Source: Candidatus Multivorans sp. (lineage in GTDB: Bacteria > Acidobacteriota > Thermoanaerobaculia > Multivoradales > Multivoraceae). Taken from it: a DNA stretch of 64,000 nucleotides. The stretch lies in the NCBI GenBank assembly GCA_965205295.1, contig OZ242167.1:4618048-4682047 (forward strand), written 5' to 3'. Made by a program: the position numbers and the translations under genes. This document shows, one piece after another, positions 34,603 to 43,082 of this stretch (position 1 is its first letter; every line of letters begins with the position of its first letter). The notes below the pieces were generated by a model, which saw nothing but the letters and a program-made list of their open reading frames with translations, did no database searches and was not told the DNA's origin.

Positions 34603-34661
34603 TCAGAAGTTGATCCGGCTGCTTGCGCCAAGCCCGAAGCGCGGCCCTTTGTGGCGCAGCC
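34603..34661 (-). pseudogene. Relic of the last ~18 codons of a second TonB-dependent receptor gene
   Basis: The reverse strand reads ..LRHKGPRFGLGASSRINF*. The C-terminus of the adjacent intact receptor reads ..NPPRTIGVSSRISF*. Confidence 0.6.
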
Positions 34662-37082
34662 TCAGAAGCTGATGCGGCTGGACACCCCGATTGTCCGCGG
34701 AGGGTTCGTCAGGTAGCCGACCCGAGCACGGGTCCCGCGCTCCTGGTCGAGGGCCAGGAAGGCCCGCTCATCGGTCGCGTTGTTGATGAAGAGGGCGATG
34801 TCCCAGCGCTCGTTCAGGAAACCCAGCCGCAGGTTGAGGAGGTCGTAGGCGGGCAGTTCGGGATCGAACCGGAACACGGACTGGGTCAGCGGACCGCCGA
34901 CCGGGTTGGTGGCGGAGAGCGCCAGCAGATCCACGGTGCCGAAGCCGGGGGCATGGTCGCCGATCTGGGTGAAGCGCGAACCGACGTGCTGGAAGGCAGA
35001 GGAAAAGTAGCCGGCCCAGTCGCCGGCCTCCCAGCGATAGGTCGCGGCGACCGTGGCCTGGAGCTTCGGCACCGTCGGCAGGCGGTTGCCCTTCTCGATG
35101 CCGGAAACCACGCTCGTCGTGCCGTCGTCGGCGGTCGAAGTGAGGGTCGACCCGAGTTCCGAGTCCGCGTAGCTGGCCGAGATCGCGAAGTCGAACGCGC
35201 CGGTGGGCTGCCCGGTGATCTCGAGTTCGAGTCCGGTGCTGCGGGCGCTCGGCACGTTGAAGATCAGGCGGGAGGAGCAGGAACCGGCGGTGACGGTCGT
35301 CTGCAGGTCCGAGATGTCCATGGTGAAGGCCGCAATGTTGAACGTGCCGCGGCCGCCCAGGATCGTCGACTTCGAGCCGACCTCGACGTTCCAGAGCTCC
35401 TCGTCCTCCCAACTGTCGCGGCCGCTGAAGGTCGCGAGATCCTCCGGCGTGCAGACCGGCACGTTCAGCGGATCGTTGATGCCGCCGAGCCGGAAGCCCT
35501 TGGCGACTTGCGCGTTGAGCCGCGTGTTCTCGCTGACCTCGAAGCTGGCGATGAAGCGAGGCGCCAGACCGTCCGCGCTGGTCTCGCCTTCGGTCGGCCG
35601 GGGATCGGCGAATATCCCGTCGAAGACCTGGCTGCGGCTCTCCTCGTAGTCGTACCAGCGAGCGCCCGCCGTCAGGTCGACCCGCTCGCTGGCGGTCCAG
35701 GTGATCTCGAAGAAGGCCGCCGTCTGGTCGAACTCGTAGTTCAGGTCGGAGTAGAACAGTTCGTCGGTGCCGGCGCCGTACTGGCCCATCGTCGGGATGG
35801 TGCTCATCGCCTCGAAGCCGGTGACCGGCAGGCTCTGGCCGTAGTCGCGCTCGCTGCTGCTGTAGAACAGGCCGAGAACCCAGTGGGTGTACTCGTCCCC
35901 GCTGGACAGTCGCAGCTCCTGGGTCAGGCCGGTGGCGGTCGTCGCGTCGATCAGGGGCGCGTCCAGGGTGTAGATCGGCTCGGGAAGGCCGATCGTGGCG
36001 CCGGCGACGCTGGCGAAGAGGGCGGTCGAGTCGCGTACGACGAGCACGTCGCGGTCCGTGGCCGTCGTGATGGAGGTGAACGCGTAGCCGTCGGGAAGAT
36101 CGATTTCGATCTTCAGATCGGCAAGCAGGAACTCGTCGGTGGTTGGCTCATCGATCTGGGTGAAGAGCTGCCGCTCGCCAAGGTTCACCGCGGGGCGCGT
36201 CGTCGTGTACGGATTGGCGAGGATGTTGAAGTCGTCGATCCGGTTCCAGCCGTCCATGCTGAGTTCCTGGTAGAGCACGCGGGGGGTGACCGTCACCTTC
36301 TCGTTGGGCTCGAAGCGCAGCGCCCAGCGAGCGCCGGTCCGCTCGCCGGAGTTCACGTCCTCGGCGACGCTCAGGTCGGGTTGCACGGCGTCCAAAAAAC
36401 CGCCGAAGGCCGTGTGGTACGCCGTGATCCGCATCGCCGACGTGCTGCCCATGGGCACGTTGACCGCGACCTTCGCGTTGCCGCCCATGCCGCCGTCGCC
36501 AACCGAGTTGAGCGAGAACTCGCCGAAGCCTTCGGAGACGCCGACCTCGGGCTGGTTCGTGATGTAGCGGACGGTTCCGGCCAGCGAACCCGAGCCGAAC
36601 AGGGTGCCCTGCGGTCCGCGGAGAACCTCCACGCGCGACATGTCGAAGAGGTCGATATCGGGCGTGAACAGCGACAGGGAGATGACCGACTCGTCCAGGT
36701 AGATGCCCACCTGTTCCTTGACCCCGGGCTGGTCACGGACGATCTGCCCGGCCGCGACGCCGCGTATGGCGACCTGGCTCTGCCCGGGTCCGAGGCTCTG
36801 CACGGTGAACCCGGCGACGTTGGCCGCGATCTCCTCCAGGTTGGAGACGCCGCGGTTCCGCAGCTCGTCCTCGCTCGGGGCGACGATCGAGAAAGGAACG
36901 TCCTGGAGGTTCTCCTCCCGCTTGCGGGCGGTCACGGTGAGCTCCTCGGCGAAGGTCTGGGCGGGCGCCGCTTCGGCCTCGCCCGCTTCGGCTTCCTGGG
37001 CGGTGGCCGGGGCGCCGAATCCGCTCCAGAGGATTGCCAGCGTGCAGGCCAGGAAGAGTCGCGAAAAGCTCGTCCGAGTCAT
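34662..37082 (-). CDS. TonB-dependent receptor
   Basis: 806 aa. Signal peptide ..GAPATAQ. Plug motifs: LTVTARKREENLQDVPFSI, VEVLRGPQGTLFGSGSLAGTV. C-terminal ..RTIGVSSRISF with a terminal Phe. Confidence 0.9.
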   Translation of the reverse strand: MTRTSFSRLFLACTLAILWSGFGAPATAQEAEAGEAEAAPAQTFAEELTVTARKREENLQDVPFSIVAPSEDELRNRGVSNLEEIAANVAGFTVQSLGPGQSQVAIRGVAAGQIVRDQPGVKEQVGIYLDESVISLSLFTPDIDLFDMSRVEVLRGPQGTLFGSGSLAGTVRYITNQPEVGVSEGFGEFSLNSVGDGGMGGNAKVAVNVPMGSTSAMRITAYHTAFGGFLDAVQPDLSVAEDVNSGERTGARWALRFEPNEKVTVTPRVLYQELSMDGWNRIDDFNILANPYTTTRPAVNLGERQLFTQIDEPTTDEFLLADLKIEIDLPDGYAFTSITTATDRDVLVVRDSTALFASVAGATIGLPEPIYTLDAPLIDATTATGLTQELRLSSGDEYTHWVLGLFYSSSERDYGQSLPVTGFEAMSTIPTMGQYGAGTDELFYSDLNYEFDQTAAFFEITWTASERVDLTAGARWYDYEESRSQVFDGIFADPRPTEGETSADGLAPRFIASFEVSENTRLNAQVAKGFRLGGINDPLNVPVCTPEDLATFSGRDSWEDEELWNVEVGSKSTILGGRGTFNIAAFTMDISDLQTTVTAGSCSSRLIFNVPSARSTGLELEITGQPTGAFDFAISASYADSELGSTLTSTADDGTTSVVSGIEKGNRLPTVPKLQATVAATYRWEAGDWAGYFSSAFQHVGSRFTQIGDHAPGFGTVDLLALSATNPVGGPLTQSVFRFDPELPAYDLLNLRLGFLNERWDIALFINNATDERAFLALDQERGTRARVGYLTNPPRTIGVSSRISF

Positions 37083-37136
37083 GGCAGCCTCCTTTTGTTC
37101 TGTCAGTTTCGTGTCGGGGCTTCACCTGAGGTTTGA

Positions 37137-37673
37137 TCAGGGCCGCAGGTGCGGCTCGAGCAGCTTGCTCCATTGCTTGCCGTACGGGTGGACCCGGTCC
37201 ACCTCGTCGTCGCCGCGATACACGGGGCGTCCCGAGTTGGCCCACTCGAAGATCGAGCCTTCGAGGTTCCAGACCCGGTCCCCGATCTCCGGGTCGTTCA
37301 ACTGGATCAGGTCGGCCACCGCGGCGGATGACCGGTAGCCGACGGAGCAGTAGAGGACGACCGGGCGGTCCGGTTCGGCCTCGGCAACCAGTTCGGCGAT
37401 GTCCTCACCCTGGGCATGGACGGCGCCGGGCAGATGGCTGACGTCGTATTCGAATGGCTCGCGGACGTCGATCACCAGGGGCGGGGGATCGTCCTTGAGC
37501 CGCCGGTCGAGCTCCTCGATGCTCATCTGGGGTACGCCGGGGAAGCTGGCGCGGACCAGCGCCTTGAGCTGCGACATGCTCGACTCGCCGCAGGCAACAG
37601 CCAGCGGCGCCGCAAGCAGCAGCGCGGCAAGGAGGGACCGGAAGCCGGCGGCCGATGCGCGCGCCGTCGTCAC
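37137..37673 (-). CDS. Rhodanese-like domain lipoprotein (sulfurtransferase-like)
   Basis: 178 aa. Lipobox LAVAC. ..LVIDVREPFEYDVSHLPGAVH..VVLYCSVGYRSS.. is the active-site Cys loop. Its start overlaps the stop of the upstream gene (ATGA). Confidence 0.75.
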   Translation of the reverse strand: MTTARASAAGFRSLLAALLLAAPLAVACGESSMSQLKALVRASFPGVPQMSIEELDRRLKDDPPPLVIDVREPFEYDVSHLPGAVHAQGEDIAELVAEAEPDRPVVLYCSVGYRSSAAVADLIQLNDPEIGDRVWNLEGSIFEWANSGRPVYRGDDEVDRVHPYGKQWSKLLEPHLRP

Positions 37674-39310
37674 TCGCCGCCGGCGGCGCCGGTGGCTTCG
37701 CTGGACGGCGCCCGCCCGGCTGGCTGACCCACCATCTTCATCTGCAGCGGACGCTCGCTGCCGGCGCCGATCGTGATCGTGCCCTGGAGCGCCCCGTCCG
37801 CGTCGAGTTCGCCTTCGATCCGGGTCGTGATCGCCGATGCCTCCGGCGTCGGGAACTGGGTAGTCACCTGCAGGCGATTCCCGGACCAGGCGATGTCGTC
37901 GAGAGTGATCGTGAACATCTGCAGGCCGTTGACCAGGTAGAGCACGCCCTCGCCGTCGTGAGGCGCGTCGAAGGCGATCGGCATGAAGCCTTCAACCAGG
38001 AAGGAGGTCCCGCTGGGGTGCTGGGCGATCAGGTCCTTCAGCTTGTCGAGGTTTGGTCTGGGCCGGTGATAGCCGCCCTCCTTGCGGACGACTTCCATGA
38101 AGCCGACGAACATCTCGTTGAACACATTGCCGCGGTAGATGATCTCGCGCGCCGGGTCGGGGTTGGCCGGGTTGTCCTCCGAGTTGTCCCACACCGCGGT
38201 GACCTCGACCCGGCTGCCGGCCGGGATGTCGATCGGCTCGGTGGGGTAGTAGAGCCACTGCCAGTTGTAGTCGTACCGCGGCACGTCGAGCAGGGTCTCG
38301 CTGGCGCCGTCGGGATGGACGAGGCGATAGGTCATCGCCTTGCCGCGCAGGTGCATGTGGGGGCTGAAGGCGAGGATCTGCATGGCCTCGTCCGGCTTGT
38401 AGAAGCCCTCCTCCGCGTGGTGGTCGGCGCCCGGAGGAATGCGGATGCCGGTGTTGGCCACCGAGACGGTCGCCACCTCGCGCTGCAGCTCGCCCTCGCC
38501 GAAGAAGATGCCGATCCGGGTCTCGTCCGAGGTCGCCTCGCCGAAGGGATGGTAGTGCGAGTCGACCAGGATCGAGGTGCCCGGGCCGAGGACGCGGCCG
38601 GCGCCGTCGGGGAAGACGTAGGGCGGCATGCCGGCGGTCCAGATGCCGAACACGCCGCTGCCGGCGGCGCCCTCGCGCACCTTCGCGCCGGCGCCGATCG
38701 GGCCGCCGCTCTGCCGCCGCGGCGTCGTGTAGGTCGTCTGGAAGTGGTGGGTGGCGCGGCGGTCGCCGGGCATGAACTCGATCGCCCGCACCCAGCGCTC
38801 TTCCTCGAGGTCCAGCTTGATCTGCTGCTTGGGGAAGACGTCAGGGCCTTCGGCTGGGACTTCGACCCGCTTGAGGGTCAGCACGTAGTCCGGTTCGCCC
38901 AGGGTCCAGCCGTCGGAGAAGGTCGGCGTGGGCGGCAGGTCCGCGGGATCGCCTTCGGGCGCCCCGCCGGCGGCCCAGGAAGTGATCGTCTCGATCTGTT
39001 CGGGGGAGAGGGAGAGGTCGTTGCGAAAGACGACGTGCTCCGACTCGGCGCTCCACGGCGGCATGTCGCGGTTCTCGACGGCGCGCGCCATGCCGCGAGC
39101 CCAGGGGCGAGCCTCGCGATAGGAAAGCAGAGACATCGGCGCCGCCTGATTCGGCCGGTGACACTGCACGCACTTCTCGAACAGGATCGGCGCCACGTCG
39201 CGGCTGAACGTGGGCGTTTCGGCGGCGCCGGCGGCCGTCGCGGCGAGAATTGCGGCGCCCGCCAGGAGGGTCGCGAGTCGCTGCGGGCGAGTGTGAGTCG
39301 GGGACCTCAT
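37670..39310 (-). CDS. Exported haem-c (CxxCH) protein with a copper type II ascorbate-dependent monooxygenase (PHM/DBH)-like domain
   Basis: 546 aa. Signal peptide, then FEKCVQCHRP (CxxCH). Later His clusters: ATHHF, DSHYHPFG and AFSPHMHLRGKAM, resembling the CuH/CuM ligands (HH..H and HxH..M). Confidence 0.5.
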   Translation of the reverse strand: MRSPTHTRPQRLATLLAGAAILAATAAGAAETPTFSRDVAPILFEKCVQCHRPNQAAPMSLLSYREARPWARGMARAVENRDMPPWSAESEHVVFRNDLSLSPEQIETITSWAAGGAPEGDPADLPPTPTFSDGWTLGEPDYVLTLKRVEVPAEGPDVFPKQQIKLDLEEERWVRAIEFMPGDRRATHHFQTTYTTPRRQSGGPIGAGAKVREGAAGSGVFGIWTAGMPPYVFPDGAGRVLGPGTSILVDSHYHPFGEATSDETRIGIFFGEGELQREVATVSVANTGIRIPPGADHHAEEGFYKPDEAMQILAFSPHMHLRGKAMTYRLVHPDGASETLLDVPRYDYNWQWLYYPTEPIDIPAGSRVEVTAVWDNSEDNPANPDPAREIIYRGNVFNEMFVGFMEVVRKEGGYHRPRPNLDKLKDLIAQHPSGTSFLVEGFMPIAFDAPHDGEGVLYLVNGLQMFTITLDDIAWSGNRLQVTTQFPTPEASAITTRIEGELDADGALQGTITIGAGSERPLQMKMVGQPAGRAPSSEATGAAGGE

Positions 39311-39486
39311 CCGTTCGTCCTCCCTTGGAGGGTTGGAGCCTCGATTGGTGCCGGGACTCTACCAGCGCTGATCGTCGGAACCGATCCGGTGCGGTAGGCT
39401 CGACGCCTGTCCAGGTGCCCGTCTTCTGAGCCTGCGTCCCAAGAGGACGCGGCCCTCTTTCTACCGAAAGAACGGAGGAATCTCCC

Positions 39487-40581
39487 ATGCGTTTCGAACG
39501 AGCCGCTGTCACCCCTTCTACTCTTGGCGCCCTCTCGATCATTGGCGTCGCCGTGCTGGTGGCGGCGCCGGTCATAGCCGCCGGTGACGACATCCCGCGC
39601 ACCGCGGACGGCAAGCCCGACCTGAGCGGCCGCTACAACATCGCGAGCTCGACTCCGTTCGTACGGGATGCGCGCTTCGGGGACAAGAAGTTCATGAGCG
39701 TCGAGGAGGCGGAGCGGATCATGGCGGCGACCGCGGCGGCGATGGCCAAGGCCAACGCCGCCAGCGATCCCAACCGGTCGGCGCCTCCGGCCGGCGGTGA
39801 CGGTTCCGGCGGTCCCGCGGGTGCGGTCGGCGGCTACAACGCCTTCTGGACCGACAGCGGCAGTGCGCGCTACGCGATCGACGGTCAGTTCCAGACCTCC
39901 ATCCTCACCGATCCGCCGGACGGCCGCATGCCGCCGGTGTCGGAAGCGGGCAAGGCGCGCCGCGCCAATCTGCATCCCTACGCGTACGAGAACACCGGGA
40001 CTGCCTGGTGGATCGAGACCGGCGACGATCCCTACGACGGTCCGGAGACGCTGTCCCTGCTGGACCGCTGCCTGTATCTCAGCGCCGCCGCGACTCCGGC
40101 CCGGCCCATCCTCTACAACAACATGAAGACGATCACCCAGACCGAGGACCACGTCGTGATCCTGGTCGAGTGGATGCACTGGGCGAAGGTCGTGCGCCTC
40201 AACGCGGAACACGCGCCCGCCGACGTGCGGTCGCTCGGCGGCGACTCGATCGGCTGGTGGGAAGGCGACACCCTGGTCGTCGAGACGACGAACTTCCTCG
40301 ATCGACCCGGCGTGTCGCGCGAAGGCTTGAAGGTGATCGAGCGCTTCACCCGCCAGAGCGCGGACGGGCTGCTCTACGAGTTCACCGTCCTCGACCCGGA
40401 CTACACCGCGCCCTACAGCGGCGAGTTCATCTGGCCGCAGACGGACGAACAGAACTACGAGTACGCCTGCCACGAAGGCAACTACGCGATGGGCGGCATC
40501 CTGCGCGGCGCGCGGCTGCTGGAGCGTGAGTACCACGAGAAGAAAAGTCAGGCCGGCAGCACAGGCTCCGGGGACGAGTAG
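39487..40581 (+). CDS. Conserved exported hypothetical protein, family paralog 1 of 4 in this window
   Basis: 364 aa with a GGAGGA Shine-Dalgarno sequence upstream. Signal peptide. Shared family motifs: GKPDLSGRY, DPPDGRMP, WEGDTLVVETTNF, ERFTR, YEYACHEGNYAM. Confidence 0.7.
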   Translation: MRFERAAVTPSTLGALSIIGVAVLVAAPVIAAGDDIPRTADGKPDLSGRYNIASSTPFVRDARFGDKKFMSVEEAERIMAATAAAMAKANAASDPNRSAPPAGGDGSGGPAGAVGGYNAFWTDSGSARYAIDGQFQTSILTDPPDGRMPPVSEAGKARRANLHPYAYENTGTAWWIETGDDPYDGPETLSLLDRCLYLSAAATPARPILYNNMKTITQTEDHVVILVEWMHWAKVVRLNAEHAPADVRSLGGDSIGWWEGDTLVVETTNFLDRPGVSREGLKVIERFTRQSADGLLYEFTVLDPDYTAPYSGEFIWPQTDEQNYEYACHEGNYAMGGILRGARLLEREYHEKKSQAGSTGSGDE

Positions 40582-40594
40582 CCGCAAGGGCGCG

Positions 40595-42136
40595 ATGGAG
40601 ACGTTCTCCTACGACGCGTGGGATCGTCTGCTGTCTGCGGTCGTAGCCGAGGACGGCAAGGTCGACTACGAGCGTCTCGCCGCCCGGCGTCCCCTGCTCG
40701 AGGAGTTCGTCGCTGAACTCGGCGAAGTCTCGCCGGACAGTCGGCCGGACCTGTTCGCGAGCGAGGAAGACGGGCTCGCCTACTGGATCAACGCCTACAA
40801 CGCGTTCACCCTGCACGCGATCGTGGACGAGTATCCGATCCGCTCCGTCTGGAAGACGCGGGACGGCCAGTTCTTCCAGCGACGGCGGCACCTGGCCGGC
40901 GGCACAGCAGTCAGCCTCGACGACATCGAGCACGAGATTCTGCGCTCGGAGTTCGCGGAACCCCGGATCCACTTCGCGATCAATTGCGGCGCGAACGGTT
41001 GCCCGGCAGTGCGGCCCTCGGCCTACCGCGGCGACGGGCTTCGCGACACGTTGCACGAGGCGACGAAGGCGTTCCTGGCCAACCGCTGGAACTGCCGGGT
41101 GGACCACGACGCGCGCAAGGTCTTCGTCTCTCGCATCTTCCGGATGTACGCGGAGGACTTCGCAGCCGGGGCGGGAACGACGGAGGAGTACCGGCGCGGC
41201 GTATTGGGCTTCGTCGCCGGGTACGCCGGTCTCGATGCGGAGCGGATCGCCGGCTACGAGCTCGTCTACAACACCTACGACTGGGGTCTGAACGACACCC
41301 ACCGCGACCCGAACATCGGCCCGATCACGTTTCACGAGCCGGTGGAGCACTTCGCCGAGGCCGACGGTGAACTTCGCGAGCTGCACCTCTACGAGGGGAA
41401 CTTCTGCAACCGGGACTGCTCCTGGTGCACGATCCACGGTTCGCCCGACGGCTGGTACCAGGCCTACACGCCGGAGGTCCTCGACCAGGCGCTCGACACC
41501 CTCGCCGCGGACGGCAACCTGAAGTTCTACGGCGGCGAGCCGACCTTGCACACGCCCGAGATCGTCGCCGCGATGCGTTACGTACGCGAGCGTGGCTTCA
41601 CCGGTTTGATCACCGTGTTCTCGAACGGCATCCAGGCGGAGAAGCTGATCGCGATCCTGGAGTCGGACCCGAAGAGCGAAGCGGTGCTCAACTACTCGAT
41701 CTACCACGGCCGCGACGCCAAACCCATGCCGCGGTACGCCAGGGACCGCCTGGAGCAGTGGGCGCGCGAGAACCCGAACCGCATCTTCCAGGGCTACAAG
41801 GTGCTCTTCCACGCCGGGGGCGGCGCGGAGGAGGAGTTCGACCAGGACCGGGAGTCGGACTACCACGGCATGGGCAACCGTTGCGTGCGTTGCTTCCCGG
41901 TGCTGACCACGAAGGGCAAGTTCCACGCCTGTCCCTTCGCTGCCGAGATCGATTCGCCGCACTTCGACCTCGGTGGGGTTGGTTCGAGTTCCGAGGCGGT
42001 ATTCGACAACTACCGCACCTTCCTGCAGTGGGTGGACGAGGAACTGGACCCGGCGGCCGAGGCCCGGGGCATCTCGAGTTGCGAGATGTGCCACCGGCGC
42101 CTGGCTGAACTGCCGGCGGCCGAGTTCGCAGGCTAG
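40595..42136 (+). CDS. DUF547 domain fused to a radical SAM / SPASM-like domain
   Basis: Start at ATG 40595 (METFSYDAW), 14 nt after the previous stop. DUF547: YWINAYNAFTLHAIV..HFAINCGANGCP. Radical SAM: FCNRDCSWC (Cx3Cx2C) and KFYGGEPTL. C-terminal Cys cluster: CVRCFPVLTTKGKFHACPF..SSCEMCH. Confidence 0.7.
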   Translation: METFSYDAWDRLLSAVVAEDGKVDYERLAARRPLLEEFVAELGEVSPDSRPDLFASEEDGLAYWINAYNAFTLHAIVDEYPIRSVWKTRDGQFFQRRRHLAGGTAVSLDDIEHEILRSEFAEPRIHFAINCGANGCPAVRPSAYRGDGLRDTLHEATKAFLANRWNCRVDHDARKVFVSRIFRMYAEDFAAGAGTTEEYRRGVLGFVAGYAGLDAERIAGYELVYNTYDWGLNDTHRDPNIGPITFHEPVEHFAEADGELRELHLYEGNFCNRDCSWCTIHGSPDGWYQAYTPEVLDQALDTLAADGNLKFYGGEPTLHTPEIVAAMRYVRERGFTGLITVFSNGIQAEKLIAILESDPKSEAVLNYSIYHGRDAKPMPRYARDRLEQWARENPNRIFQGYKVLFHAGGGAEEEFDQDRESDYHGMGNRCVRCFPVLTTKGKFHACPFAAEIDSPHFDLGGVGSSSEAVFDNYRTFLQWVDEELDPAAEARGISSCEMCHRRLAELPAAEFAG

Positions 42137-42147
42137 GAAGCGCCGCC

Positions 42148-43082
42148 TTGGAGGTTGGACGGGTCCTGACGGGCGGACGCCGACTCCACGCCGCGATCCT
42201 CGTCGCGGCGCTTCTGACGCTCGGAGCTCTGCTGCTCCACGCCCGCGAGTACCAGTTCCTCACAGACGACGCCTACATCTCCTTCCGCTACGCACGGAAT
42301 CTCGCCGACGGTCACGGCCTCGTCTTCAACCCCGGCTTCGAGCGGGTCGAGGGTTACACGAACCTGCTCTGGGTCCTGATCCTGGCCGCCGGCGCGCTCG
42401 CAGGCATTGCTCCGGAAGCCGCCGCGATCCCGCTCGGCTACGGCCTGACGATCGTGCTCTGGCTACTCGTCTGCGGGTTCGCGTACAGCGAAGCACGGCC
42501 GCGCGCCCCGCCGTGGATCTAGCTGCTGGCGCCGGTGATGCTGGCCGCCACACGCAGCGTCGCCGTGTGGTCCACGGGCGGGCTCGAGACCCGTCTGTTC
42601 GAAGTCCTGATCCTGGGCGCTGTCCTCCGGCTGGTGGTCGAGATCCGGGGCTCGGCTTCGAGCGTCTCGGCCGAGGCGCTTGGGCGACGATCGAGCGAGA
42701 GTTCGACTACGCGCTGTCGGTGGCGCCGGACGGGCAAGTCTCAGCCCTGGTGCGGCGGCCGCGCGGTGTCTCCTCCGCCCTGCCAACACGGATTCCGGTC
42801 CGGTCCGGGACAGGACGGATGCGGGGTTTCGTTGACGCCGTCGCGCCCGCGCCCACGCCGGGCGGCGCTGGGCCGCTTGCGAGGATGAACGTCCAAGGCT
42901 GGGCGTTCGGCGAGCGGGCCGGCGGCATCCTGGATCTGGTCATCTTCGCCGGCGAGATGCAGACGCCCTACGAGCGGGTCGACCTGACCGAACGGCCTGA
43001 TGTCGCGGCGACCCTGGGACCGGACTCCCGGAACAGCGGCTGGTTCGTCTCCACAAGGGTAGATGCCGAGACGGTTTCGTGA
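42148..43082 (+). pseudogene. Decayed membrane glycosyltransferase-like gene (DDAYISFRYARN-type N-terminus) with an in-frame TAG and an internal deletion/frame change
   Basis: The N-terminus ..LTDDAYISFRYARNLADGHGLVFNPGFERVEGYTNLLWVL.. stops at TAG 42520-42522. The same frame then continues ..LAATRSVAVWSTGGLETRLFEVLILG... After ~42650 the plausible coding signal moves to another frame (..MNVQGWAFGERAGGILDLVIFAGE..RPDVAATLG..), ending at 43082. Confidence 0.55.

Noticed and set aside
34623-37136. 837-aa plus-strand ORF
   Set aside because: It is antisense to the TonB-dependent receptor, which has a plug, barrel and terminal Phe. Its composition is junk-like.
41985-42000. tRNA T-arm-like string GGTTCGAGTTCC
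   Set aside because: It lies inside the radical SAM coding frame. No acceptor or anticodon arms can be drawn around it.
37655-42094. Long ORFs 37655-39397 (+), 39307-40587 (-) and 40427-42094 (-)
   Set aside because: They are antisense shadows of the haem-c/monooxygenase-like gene, exported paralog 1 and the DUF547-radical SAM gene respectively. No motifs were seen, and they are rich in Arg/Gly/Val.
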